From the sequence record DRR723986_2294: 54,409 nucleotides of DNA. One strand, given 5' to 3'. The position numbers were made by a program, and so were the translations under genes. Shown here piece after piece: positions 19,510 through 28,748 of the stretch; the first letter of the stretch is position 1, and each line of letters starts with the position of its first letter. Under the pieces are notes generated by a model. That model was not told the DNA's origin. It did no database searches and saw nothing but the letters and a program-made list of their open reading frames with translations.

Positions 19510-20013
19510 ATGGTTGAAGGTATTCACGGACCAATCCGACCGGTTGCCAAGCGCCACAGAAGGCTTTTGGTTGTAGTAGACGATTCACCGGAATCAAAAG
19601 TAGCCATTCGGTTTGCAGCAGCCCGTGCTGTGCATATTACAGGTGGTGGCCTGATTTTGTTTCATTGCACCCGCCCGGGTGAATTTCAACATTGGATGGC
19701 TGTGGCAGACCGTATGCGTGGAGAGGCGCTAGAAGAAGCTGAAGAGCTGTTGGCAGGTGTGGCGCTGCGCTTGAATGATTATTGTGGCGTTGAGCCTGAA
19801 ACATATGTTGCCGAAGGTGAGCCCCAAGAGGAATTGGTGAAATATATCAATAGTAGAGATGACGTTTTCGGACTTGTTCTAGGGGCGGGCGCTGAAGGCG
19901 GCCCAGGGCCGCTTGTTGATTATTTCACAGGAACAGCCATCTGTGATTTGCCGTGCCCGGTTTTTATTGTTCCTGGCAACATGACGTATGATCAAGTGGA
20001 TTCGATGGCTTAG
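19510..20013 (+). CDS. Universal stress protein (UspA family)
   Basis: RRLLVVVDDSPES, EFQHW, LVLGA...GPGPLV, CPVFIVPG. Confidence 0.9.
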   Translation: MVEGIHGPIRPVAKRHRRLLVVVDDSPESKVAIRFAAARAVHITGGGLILFHCTRPGEFQHWMAVADRMRGEALEEAEELLAGVALRLNDYCGVEPETYVAEGEPQEELVKYINSRDDVFGLVLGAGAEGGPGPLVDYFTGTAICDLPCPVFIVPGNMTYDQVDSMA

Positions 20014-20029
20014 TTGCCACCACCTGCGC

Positions 20030-20920
20030 CTAGCGGGCTTTTTCAATTTCCAGTATTTTGGCAAGGGCTTGCCGGTAATCGGCATACGCTGGTTTCCAGC
20101 CCAGCAGTTCTTTGGCTTTTTTGTTTTTCACTCGCTTGTTTTCTTCATAAAAACTGCGGCCCATAGGGCTTAAGTTTGCCTCTTCGTAGGCTACTTCATC
20201 GGGTGGCTCTACACCCAAAAGTCTGGCGGCCTCTGCGATAACATCTTGCGGTGGGGATGGTAGGTCGTCCGTCAGGTTGAAAACATTACTTGCCACGTCT
20301 GAATTGGCAGCAAGCCAAACGGCCGATGCAATATCATCGCGGTGGATACGGCCAAAAACCTGGCCCGGTTTGATAATCCGTCGGGCTTTGCCTTTACGCA
20401 CATTTATCAAGGCATTTTTTTCTTGGCCGTATATGCCGCCCAGTCTGAAAATATGCACGGCGGCCCCTATTTGCGCACCTAAAGCCAGCCAGTCATTCTC
20501 TGACTTTAGCCTTCGTTTGCCCCGGTCAAGGCTTGGCTTGGTCTCAGATGTTTCATCAACCCAGTTGCCATTGTGGTCACCGTATACGTTGGTGCTGGAA
20601 AGATAGCCAATCCATTGCAAGTCAGGGCATGAAGCCAGCCAGCTTGAAAAACCATTAAGAACCGGGTCTCCTTCGGCTTGAGGCGCGATAGATATTAAAA
20701 TATGGGTAATATTTTTAAGCGCAGCGTTGCCTGCCAGTGCTTCAGAAGAGAATTCAACAGGATGTGCCCCTATAGCCTCTATATCATTGATGGCTTCTGC
20801 GCGCCGCCATGTGGCGGACACTTGCCAGTGGTTGTTGAGTGCGCGCTTTATCAAGGGCGCAGCACTATACCCAGGGCCGAAGACCAGTAGGTGTGGCTGC
20901 TTGTCTTTTTTGTTTGTCAT
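20030..20920 (-). CDS. NAD-dependent epimerase/dehydratase (extended SDR)
   Basis: FGPGYSA, YLSSTNVYGD, FRLGGIYG, FGRIHRDDIA, SFYEENKRV. Confidence 0.9.
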   Translation of the reverse strand: MTNKKDKQPHLLVFGPGYSAAPLIKRALNNHWQVSATWRRAEAINDIEAIGAHPVEFSSEALAGNAALKNITHILISIAPQAEGDPVLNGFSSWLASCPDLQWIGYLSSTNVYGDHNGNWVDETSETKPSLDRGKRRLKSENDWLALGAQIGAAVHIFRLGGIYGQEKNALINVRKGKARRIIKPGQVFGRIHRDDIASAVWLAANSDVASNVFNLTDDLPSPPQDVIAEAARLLGVEPPDEVAYEEANLSPMGRSFYEENKRVKNKKAKELLGWKPAYADYRQALAKILEIEKAR

Positions 20921-20968
20921 CGTCTATTCCGCCTTGAAATTGCCACGCCTTTTGAGCAAAGTCCGCCG

Positions 20969-21838
20969 ATGATAAAAACCACACACAGTTCTATTGCTCG
21001 ATTGAACTTTGCGTTCTACCCGGTTGCAACTTTACTGGTTTTGGCTGGACTTGCTAGCGCAAATGCTGGTGCTGCCCTTCAGGGTCAGTCTTCCGGCACT
21101 GAGCAAGAAGACCGATACGGCACATGCCTGGACCTTGTTGAAAAGGCACCTGACAAAGGCATTAATAATGCCCTTGTTTGGCAATTGGAGGGTGGCGGTG
21201 TTCCGGCTCGCCACTGCGAGGCTCTTGGGCTTTTTTATGCCGGTGAATACTCTGAAGCCGCCATTAGGCTTGAGGGTATCGCCGAAGATATGCGCATTGG
21301 GCGCGGTATGCCCGTGCGCGGCGATGAGCGATCTACGGCTACTGCCAATATGCTGGCTGACACATACGGGCAGGCGGCTCAGGCGTGGTTATTGGGCGGC
21401 GAAATTGTGCGCGCTGAAGCATCCATTGGCCAAGCGTTGGCTCTTGTGGTTGAAAATAGTGCTTTGGAGCGATCGCTGAAAGTCACAAAGGCGCGTATTG
21501 CTGCCGCAGAGGAAGACTTTGATCTGGCGCTCAGTGAACTGGAAACAGTGCTTCGGGTTGATCCGCGGCGCACGGATTTATTGCTATTTGTTGCAGCTGC
21601 AGCGCGCGGCACCACAGATTACGCCAAAGCTGAGCGGTCTTTAGAGCTTTATATAAAACAGTTTCCAGAAGACCCGTCCGCTTTTCTTGAGCTTGGTAAC
21701 CTTAAAGATGCAATGGGCGACGCAGATGCTGCCAGAAAGGCTTGGCTCAAGGTGCTTACCTTGCAGGAGGTTGGCCCTGATGCAGAGGCGGCACAGGCAA
21801 ATATTGAACGGATTGATGTTGTGAAAGACCCTAAATAA
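20969..21838 (+). CDS. Exported tetratricopeptide-repeat protein
   Basis: Hydrophobic signal region, GGVPARHCEAL, several TPR-like helical repeats (e.g. AFLELGNLKDAMGDADAARKAW). Start uncertain. Confidence 0.8.
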   Translation: MIKTTHSSIARLNFAFYPVATLLVLAGLASANAGAALQGQSSGTEQEDRYGTCLDLVEKAPDKGINNALVWQLEGGGVPARHCEALGLFYAGEYSEAAIRLEGIAEDMRIGRGMPVRGDERSTATANMLADTYGQAAQAWLLGGEIVRAEASIGQALALVVENSALERSLKVTKARIAAAEEDFDLALSELETVLRVDPRRTDLLLFVAAAARGTTDYAKAERSLELYIKQFPEDPSAFLELGNLKDAMGDADAARKAWLKVLTLQEVGPDAEAAQANIERIDVVKDPK

Positions 21839-21844
21839 CCGGCG

Positions 21845-23605
21845 TTAAAACTTTACAGTCGCTTCATAAAGGTCTGGCAGATTGTTTTCAAACAAAACAG
21901 CGTCCTCAACTTTCCAGTTTGTTTTAACCCAGTTTTCCGCATCTTCCTGATGACCAAATGTCATGACGGTGGTTGAGCCATCATTATTGGCCTCCAGGCC
22001 TTTTACAAAGCTGGGAATTCGGTCAGGGGTCACCACACATACAATATCGGTATACTGGGCAGTGAGGGCGCCTAATCGCTCGTGCTCTGCCTCATGCAGG
22101 GCACCAAGTTCAACCATTCCCGGCGTTACAAGGATACGCCGACCGTTGGGTTTTGCCAGAATGTCCAGACACTCCAGCGCGGCAGCAAAGCCAATCGGGT
22201 TTGAATTATAGGCATCATTAATAAGCGTTGGTGCGTCAGGGGACCGCGATACTTCAAGCCGAAAACGTATTTGAGGCACTGTCGCCAGCGCGCCTTTAAT
22301 TGCAGACCACGGCAGGCCAACCGCCCGAGCTGTGGCGGCGGCCATGACAATATTTTCAGCTTGGTGATGGCCGTAAAGCGGTGCTGTAATTGTGTGGTCT
22401 TCCATGCCGTCAACAATCTCGATGACTAAACCGTCTTTCGTGATTTTGTGGCTTTTGATCCGGATGTCCCCTTGCGCGCCGACACGGGTGTATTCTCCGG
22501 GTACGGCGCTGGTGCGTTCAGCCACATATTTCGCCGGAATACCATCTGTGCTGATAATGGCCTTACCGCCGTTTTTGAATACAGCTTCTGCAATCTCAAA
22601 CTTGGCCTTGGCAACGGTGCCAAGTGTTTTAAAGCGTTCATAGTGAGCCGCCCCAACCGCAGTGATTAAGGATACATTCGGTGGTGTCAGGCGGCATAGT
22701 CTGGCAATTGAGCCGGGGCCATATGCCCCCATTTCAACAATGAAAAACTGGTGCTCAGCGGTTAGCTTTTCGCGGATGACACGGGTAATACCCATTTCTG
22801 TATTAACGCTGCCGGGGGTTGCCAAAGTGGGTGCTGCTGCTTCTAATATATGCGCAAGAATATGTTTGGTTGATGTTTTGCCGAACGAGCCAGTGATGGC
22901 AATTACTGTTGGGCTTAAGGCATTGAATTTTTCAACGGCTTCGGCCCGAAACCTGGCTTTAACCCGCTCCTCAAAAGGTTCCAGTAGTTTGTTGGCGGCA
23001 ATAATTATGAAGGGCAACAGTTGTATAAGGCCGACTGTAAGCAAAGTAATTGCGGCGAAACGCCAATCATGGGAAAGACTGAGAAACTCGAAGCTGTCGA
23101 GCCAACTTTCGGTATTTTCTGCGTAGGAAACGCTGTAACTGGTGCCAACAGGTGCCACACTGGCGAGCCAAAAAACCAAACCAAGAGCCGCAAAAGTGAG
23201 CAGGCTATAAATCCGCATAATGCGATTAACGCGTTCGGTGCGAACCAGTGGTTTTTTATTATCTTTGCGTGCAATTGCTGACAGGCGAATGCCGCGCAGA
23301 ATGCCAACAGCAAAAAGACCGAGCGGCAGTACAGTTAAAAGCAATATTTGGTCGTGTAACGCTGAACTAAGATCGCTTTGCAGTACAGCTGATGCGAGGG
23401 CTGCCGCCACCAACCACCCACTGGCGGACCTATCATAGGCGCGCTTGTCTTTCAGCCATGTTGTAAAGCGGGTATTGTCATACTCTTCTTGTTGGAAAAA
23501 CATCATAAGCGCTAACCCGCGCGCTACCGCGAACCATAAGCTTGCAAGAAAAATTGCTGCTGAAAGGGTTGCAACTGCCGGGTTCAGGGATGAAAAATCA
23601 ATCAT
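21845..23605 (-). CDS. MurF-like Mur ligase with N-terminal multi-pass membrane domain
   Basis: About 5 hydrophobic segments in the first ~205 aa; P-loop ITGSFGKTSTK, NTEMG, EMGA, DAYNSNP, TPGMVELG, C-terminal ENNLPD. Confidence 0.9.
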   Translation of the reverse strand: MIDFSSLNPAVATLSAAIFLASLWFAVARGLALMMFFQQEEYDNTRFTTWLKDKRAYDRSASGWLVAAALASAVLQSDLSSALHDQILLLTVLPLGLFAVGILRGIRLSAIARKDNKKPLVRTERVNRIMRIYSLLTFAALGLVFWLASVAPVGTSYSVSYAENTESWLDSFEFLSLSHDWRFAAITLLTVGLIQLLPFIIIAANKLLEPFEERVKARFRAEAVEKFNALSPTVIAITGSFGKTSTKHILAHILEAAAPTLATPGSVNTEMGITRVIREKLTAEHQFFIVEMGAYGPGSIARLCRLTPPNVSLITAVGAAHYERFKTLGTVAKAKFEIAEAVFKNGGKAIISTDGIPAKYVAERTSAVPGEYTRVGAQGDIRIKSHKITKDGLVIEIVDGMEDHTITAPLYGHHQAENIVMAAATARAVGLPWSAIKGALATVPQIRFRLEVSRSPDAPTLINDAYNSNPIGFAAALECLDILAKPNGRRILVTPGMVELGALHEAEHERLGALTAQYTDIVCVVTPDRIPSFVKGLEANNDGSTTVMTFGHQEDAENWVKTNWKVEDAVLFENNLPDLYEATVKF

Positions 23606-24395
23606 GGTTTAGTGTCTTACTCAAGAATTGTTTGATGATAGCTTCGCATTGATACGCGCCGCGGGTCATAATGTCCCAGTGGTCAAAACCTGGCAACTTG
23701 TGAAATTCTGCATTTGGCATAAGCTGACTATAGCGTTCACCAAATTCGGGCGGCGTTTCCGTGTCGTTCGCGCCGTATATTAGGCAAGCCGGGCAGGCTG
23801 ATCGCGCCGCTTGCGGGCTTAGGTCTTCGGTGACCACTTTGACAAAAGTTGTCCTTAGTGCGCCGGCGTTCCGGTAGCCTTCGCTGCCATACTTACGTTC
23901 AAAACCAGCCCGTAGGGAGGAGCCCAACAGTTTGTCGAGTAACCGAGCTGTTTGCCCCCATGTTTTTACTGCGCGGGCCTTGGCTTTGAACCAAAGCGAC
24001 CGTTTGCGCTGTAGGCCAGCACCGGCGATGCCGATAATGGCGGAAACCAGTTCGGGGTGATTGGCGGCCATTTGAATAGAAACCCGAACCCCAAAACTGT
24101 GGCCAATAAATATATGCGGGCCAGTTCCAGCAAGAAGCGCCGCAAGCCTGTCGGCATAATCACGGGTATCGGCTTCTGGGTTTGCGATCGGGGTTTTGCC
24201 AAACCCGGGTTGGTCAAATAAACGGTGTTGGCCATTTGCAGCAAAAAGAGGTGCCAGTTTATCAAAGGCCGTATGGTCTTGCCCCCAACCATGAAGCCAG
24301 ACAAATGAAGGGCCTCGCTCACCGATGGCCGTTTCATGCCAGGCGGTTGTCGCTTGAAGGGTGGCCGAAGCTTGAGATGTGGACGGGCTGGCCAC
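23598..24395 (-). CDS. Alpha/beta-fold serine hydrolase
   Basis: LHGWG oxyanion motif, DQPGFG, GHSFG nucleophile elbow, GANDTETP (acid), GFDHW (His). Confidence 0.92.
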   Translation of the reverse strand: MASPSTSQASATLQATTAWHETAIGERGPSFVWLHGWGQDHTAFDKLAPLFAANGQHRLFDQPGFGKTPIANPEADTRDYADRLAALLAGTGPHIFIGHSFGVRVSIQMAANHPELVSAIIGIAGAGLQRKRSLWFKAKARAVKTWGQTARLLDKLLGSSLRAGFERKYGSEGYRNAGALRTTFVKVVTEDLSPQAARSACPACLIYGANDTETPPEFGERYSQLMPNAEFHKLPGFDHWDIMTRGAYQCEAIIKQFLSKTLNHD

Positions 24396-24400
24396 GCCGT

Positions 24401-25627
24401 TTATTCTCCGGAAAAGATGGTCGCGCCGCCACTGGCTGCGTCGGTTGCGCCTAATCGGTCAGCGGATAGCCGAAAGCCTTCTTCGACCATGTCGCTGGTA
24501 AGTGACAGAAAGCTAACCGGCTCTGCAGCCGCTTCCCACAAGAAATAAGCAAACGAACCAGGAATAGTATTGGCTTCATTGAACCACAGCTCGCCCGATT
24601 TACTGTCACACAGAAAATCAATGCGTACGCTTCCGGCCAGGTTAAGCGCATCAAAAATAGCGCTTGATGTTGACCGGATTTGGTCTTCCTGTTCGCGGGT
24701 TAACTCGTCGGGGTTTAATATCCGGTTCAAGGATGCCATGCCTTCGCTGGGGCCTGTGTTGAGTTTAGGTCCACCCGGCGCGCCGCCTGCCAGATATTTA
24801 TTTTTAAAGTCGAGCACCTCTGTTTTGCTCAGTGGTCGCTCAATGGCAGATGTTTGTATAGTGCCTGCTGCTGTGCGGCGGGTGGCAATATTATATTCCA
24901 CTAAATTCGGGACAAAAGGCTCAACAATGGCAGTGCTATCCAGCCGGAAAACGGCCATTAATGATGCGACCAGTTCGTCAATTGTTTCAGCCTTAGAAAC
25001 ACCGACGCTAGAGCCCAAGTTGCTGGGTTTCACGATAACGGGAAAGGGGTTGTCGCCTATGGCAGATGAAAGGGATGCCTCTAAAGCCTTCGGGTCAAGA
25101 AATGAACCTTTGGCGGGCTTTTCAACTGTTAGTTCCGGTAACACCTTCAGGCCGTGTTGGCGGGCTGTTGCCTTGGCAAATTCTTTGTTCATGGTTGCGG
25201 CTGCGCCCAATGTGCGGCACCCGGCAAAAGGAATAGCCGCAAATTCAAGTAGGCCTTGCAGTGTGCCGTCTTCGCCGTTCGAGCCATGAATTGCCGGGAC
25301 AATCAAGTCAAACTCAACAAAGTCGAGCTTCTCTCCGAGCATGCCTTTTTGGCGGGTTGTGAACCGAGGCTTGTTGTTTGCAGGGCCTGCCAGGTCGAGG
25401 TGAAGCTGTTTCAAGGCGCTAGCTTCTGGCGATGTTACAGGGTATTTGGCCCTGTTTCGCAGCAGGTCACCGGTCCACCACTGCCCAAGTGCATCAACGT
25501 AAACTGGCATCCCTTCATATTTTGTCGGGTCCAAAGCTTCAATAAACTGAAGGCCGGTCAGGATACTGACGTCATGTTCAACGCTGCGGCCCCCAAAAAC
25601 GACGGCAATCACTTTTTTATCAGACAT
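24401..25627 (-). CDS. D-alanine--D-alanine ligase family protein (ATP-grasp)
   Basis: FGGRSVEHDVS, HGSNGEDGTLQG, VKPSNLGSSVG, LDFKNKY, RIDF, NEANTIPGS. Confidence 0.92.
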   Translation of the reverse strand: MSDKKVIAVVFGGRSVEHDVSILTGLQFIEALDPTKYEGMPVYVDALGQWWTGDLLRNRAKYPVTSPEASALKQLHLDLAGPANNKPRFTTRQKGMLGEKLDFVEFDLIVPAIHGSNGEDGTLQGLLEFAAIPFAGCRTLGAAATMNKEFAKATARQHGLKVLPELTVEKPAKGSFLDPKALEASLSSAIGDNPFPVIVKPSNLGSSVGVSKAETIDELVASLMAVFRLDSTAIVEPFVPNLVEYNIATRRTAAGTIQTSAIERPLSKTEVLDFKNKYLAGGAPGGPKLNTGPSEGMASLNRILNPDELTREQEDQIRSTSSAIFDALNLAGSVRIDFLCDSKSGELWFNEANTIPGSFAYFLWEAAAEPVSFLSLTSDMVEEGFRLSADRLGATDAASGGATIFSGE

Positions 25628-25874
25628 CCGAATCCCTTAACTTCTCGCAGGTAGCCATGCTTATGGTAATCTGTATAGCCAGCTCTATTGATGTAGCCAA
25701 AACCGTGCTCGCGGCAAAGCAAAAACATTAAAAACCACAACCGTGACCGCATCGTGGCGGCTTACCGCAATGAGTGATGTCCAAAATATCAAGACAGTGT
25801 GAGTGCCATTGACCATGGTAATGCAATGTCTAAGATGGCACGCAAGAAGAGATTTTGGGTCAAGGAGGGTTTAA

Positions 25875-26777
25875 ATGAAAATTACAAAGTTGATAACGAC
25901 AGCGATTATCTCAGGCGGACTTATGGTGGCCAGTAGCGTTGTTAGTGGTCAAGGCATGGATGCGGTTCAGATTAAAACTGAAAAAGTAAGCGGCAACATA
26001 TACGTGCTGTTTGGCGCTGGCGGCAATATCGGTGTGTCGGTTGGTGATGACGGTGTTTATATTGTTGATGACCAGTTTGCGCCCTTAACAGAAAAAATTA
26101 AGGCAGCGATTGCCGCGCTGTCAGATAAGCCTATCAGGTTTGCTATCAACACCCATTTTCACGGCGACCATACTGGCGGCAATGAAAACCTGGGCGCAGA
26201 CGGCACTGTAATTGTCGCCCATGATAATGTTCGGGTGCGCATGAGCGAAGGATCATTTGTTAAAGCATTCAACATGCGGACACCGCCCTTGGTTGGTCCC
26301 GCACTGCCGGTTGTGACATTCAATGATCAGGCTGGTCTGCATTTAAACGGCGAACAGGCCCGCATGCACCATGTTTCCAATGCCCACACAGATGGTGATA
26401 GCATTGTTCATTTTGAAGGCTCGAATGTGGTTCACATGGGCGATACATTTTTCATGGGCAGTTTCCCTTTTATCGACGTACCCAACGGTGGTTCAATAGA
26501 CGGTGTTATTGCCGCCGCAGGTAAGGTGCTTTCATTCGTCAATAATGAAACACGCATCATACCGGGCCACGGCCCTGTAACAGACAAAAAGGGTCTTTCG
26601 ACTTACCGTGATATGCTTATAGATGTCCGGGCGAAGGTTGCAGCCATGAAGGCAGATGGTATGTCCCTAGAAGATGTTCGTGCAGCAAACCTGTTGGCGG
26701 ACTATTTGGAGGCTAACGCTGGGTTTGGTGGTGAATGGCCAAACACCTTTCTCGGGTTTGTTTACGATAGTCTCTAA
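25875..26777 (+). CDS. Exported MBL-fold metallo-hydrolase (cyclase-like)
   Basis: Signal peptide, GAGGNIG, VDDQFAP, NTHFHGDHTGGN, AHTDGD, HMGD, IPGHG; strong AGGAGG RBS. Confidence 0.92.
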   Translation: MKITKLITTAIISGGLMVASSVVSGQGMDAVQIKTEKVSGNIYVLFGAGGNIGVSVGDDGVYIVDDQFAPLTEKIKAAIAALSDKPIRFAINTHFHGDHTGGNENLGADGTVIVAHDNVRVRMSEGSFVKAFNMRTPPLVGPALPVVTFNDQAGLHLNGEQARMHHVSNAHTDGDSIVHFEGSNVVHMGDTFFMGSFPFIDVPNGGSIDGVIAAAGKVLSFVNNETRIIPGHGPVTDKKGLSTYRDMLIDVRAKVAAMKADGMSLEDVRAANLLADYLEANAGFGGEWPNTFLGFVYDSL

Positions 26778-26817
26778 GAAACGGTACTTGTAAGGTGAAG
26801 GCGCTAAAAGCGATAAT

Positions 26818-26844
26818 ATAAAGGGGCACAATGCGTCCCTTTAT
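26818..26844. terminator. Probable bidirectional terminator hairpin between convergent genes
   Basis: ATAAAGGGGCAC-AAT-GCGTCCCTTTAT imperfect inverted repeat overlapping the stop codon of the HTH gene. Confidence 0.55.
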
Positions 26845-27140
26845 TGTTGTGGCCCTAACATTTTTGCCAAATCTTCCACGTATGCTTTGAAGGCTGTTTC
26901 TCCCGCAGTAGTAATCGTAACCCGTGTTTGCGGTTTTTTATCGATAAATTGTTTGCTGACAGAAACATATGACTTTGCCTCCAGTTTGCTTAAATGCGTG
27001 CTGAGGTTTCCGTCTGTCACTTTTAAAACCTTTTTCAACTCTACAAAATCAGCGTCCCGCGCTGTCGCCAAATACGACATGATCGCCAAACGAACCCTTG
27101 AATGGATGACGTCATCAATGGCGCGGTAGTCGTAGGTCAT
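26841..27140 (-). CDS. Winged-helix transcriptional regulator (HTH_34, ArsR/MarR-like)
   Basis: DDVIHSRVRLAIMSYL, DFVELK, TDGNLSTHLSKLE, KPQT...T.AG..AF..Y. Confidence 0.92.
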   Translation of the reverse strand: MTYDYRAIDDVIHSRVRLAIMSYLATARDADFVELKKVLKVTDGNLSTHLSKLEAKSYVSVSKQFIDKKPQTRVTITTAGETAFKAYVEDLAKMLGPQQ

Positions 27141-27143
27141 TAC

Positions 27144-27767
27144 CTAGCCTTTTTCCGCATGGCTTCGCTCAAGCTCTGGGCCGGCTAATTTTTTCATTAA
27201 GTGACCCGGAAGCGCTATTAACACAGCACTTGCAACAGCAAGTACCAACAGTATTTCCGCATTGAGCACTTTGGTGCTGGTTACATAAACCATCATCAGC
27301 CACCACCCCGCAGACACAAGGCGCAACAGTTTTACCTCTGTGGCTAATGCAATCACATAAAAAGCCGCTGCGAATATGCCGCAAGCCAAAACGGTGATTA
27401 CCTTTGGATCAAGTGTGTCGCTGAAAACGGCGACAATAAAATGCAACATCATGGTTATGCCAACGGCGGACCAAGCGCCGGAATAAGCTTTGATGGCCAT
27501 ATCCGTTTGATCAATGTCGCAACGTTTTCGGTCGTGCAAAAGAGAAAGAATAGTGCCAATGATGCCAATTGGAAGCCAAACCCACAGAGTGTTTCCCGGA
27601 ATGTAGCCATATACAAGAAGGTACTGACCCACATATGCCAGGGCCAGAACTGATCCCCAAATCATCAAGTGAGTGCCGTCAAATGCTGCGCGCCTTCGTC
27701 CCGCCTCCATCATGCGTCGTATCAGGGCCAAGTCGTCGGTTGCAGACCTTTCTTGCGGTTCGTTCAT
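27144..27767 (-). CDS. Six-TM integral membrane protein co-encoded with the HTH regulator
   Basis: DDLALIRRMMEAGR N-terminal motif followed by about 6 hydrophobic helices; 3 nt from the HTH gene. Confidence 0.8.
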   Translation of the reverse strand: MNEPQERSATDDLALIRRMMEAGRRRAAFDGTHLMIWGSVLALAYVGQYLLVYGYIPGNTLWVWLPIGIIGTILSLLHDRKRCDIDQTDMAIKAYSGAWSAVGITMMLHFIVAVFSDTLDPKVITVLACGIFAAAFYVIALATEVKLLRLVSAGWWLMMVYVTSTKVLNAEILLVLAVASAVLIALPGHLMKKLAGPELERSHAEKG

Positions 27768-27787
27768 GATTAATCTTTCTGGTTACT

Positions 27788-27820
27788 ACAAAGAACTTTG
27801 TTCTTGAAAGTAATTGTCAA
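27788..27820. promoter_or_regulatory. Overlapping palindromes (candidate operator) next to a minus-strand TTGACA
   Basis: ACAAAG-AA-CTTTGT (27788-27801), ACTTT-N7-AAAGT (27795-27811) and TTGACA on the minus strand at 27820-27815, all within ~55 nt of the operon start. Confidence 0.55.
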
Positions 27821-27868
27821 ACACGCCTTGTCAAGACGAGGTTAATAAGCAGTTTTTTGATAAACATG

Positions 27869-27896
27869 AAAAAAGCGGCCTATGCAGACCGCTTTT
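27869..27896 (-). terminator. Intrinsic terminator downstream of the DUF4136 lipoprotein gene
   Basis: AAAAAAGCGGCCT-ATGC-AGACCGCTTTT hairpin, giving a U tract on the minus strand. Confidence 0.8.
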
Positions 27897-27928
27897 AATT
27901 TGCTGATATATAAGGGCTTTAGACTGGT

Positions 27929-28579
27929 TTATTTAGGGTCTAGATCCAATTTGATGCGGCGCATTTTGCCATTTTCGCCCGGAAACTCTTCAAAAAGTGC
28001 TGCCGCTAAAAGGGGCACCAGCTCTGGCAAGCTTCGGCTGCGCGATTCAGTTTCTGCCGTTGCTTCAAAAATCATTGTGCCATCAGGCTCGCGAATTTCA
28101 ACTCTCAGCTCTGCCAGGTACACAGTGCGTGAAGTTATGTTGCCGCCAGCACCGAAGCCGCCAAATGCGCCAAAGCCACCGAGGCCGCCATTAAATCTAA
28201 ATGCGGGGTTCCACCAGCCACCCCAGCCATAACCATTGACCCAATAAGGGTTACCAACGCCGAATCCGCCAGGAAACGATCGAATTTTTTCTCTGCCATC
28301 ACTTACACGAACATCGAAACCGATGATATATTCCGGTTTATCGTCGCGCGCGCCCACAAAGCCATTATTTTCCAGAACGCCCTGAATGGAGCTCGCATAT
28401 TGGCGATACTCAAGACTGTCTTGGCGCGTTTCATCAATTGGAAGCAGCACAACCTTAGCCCCTGCCGGAGGCGTTGTTATGTGAAAGCTGGTTACATTGC
28501 TTCTGAATGTGCTTGCGCAGGCCGATAGGGCAAGTGCAATGATAACAACGAAAGCAGTTTTAATAATGTGTTGGGCCAT
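27929..28579 (-). CDS. DUF4136-like lipoprotein
   Basis: Lipobox LSAC, FRSNVTSFH, Gly/aromatic-rich central segment, C-terminal LAAALFEEFPGENG. Confidence 0.8.
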   Translation of the reverse strand: MAQHIIKTAFVVIIALALSACASTFRSNVTSFHITTPPAGAKVVLLPIDETRQDSLEYRQYASSIQGVLENNGFVGARDDKPEYIIGFDVRVSDGREKIRSFPGGFGVGNPYWVNGYGWGGWWNPAFRFNGGLGGFGAFGGFGAGGNITSRTVYLAELRVEIREPDGTMIFEATAETESRSRSLPELVPLLAAALFEEFPGENGKMRRIKLDLDPK

Positions 28580-28748
28580 ACTAATTCCTTACGCTGCAGA
28601 CACAGTCTTGAACTTTGTCTGACTATACTAAGAACAAACGCTCGATAAGGCGACCATAAAAAAGTCCGGGAGATGAATTTTTGGTCGTTTATCAAAGAGC
28701 TACCACCGCCTATTCAAGTGGCAGAAAAAATAATAACGGCTTTATTAT

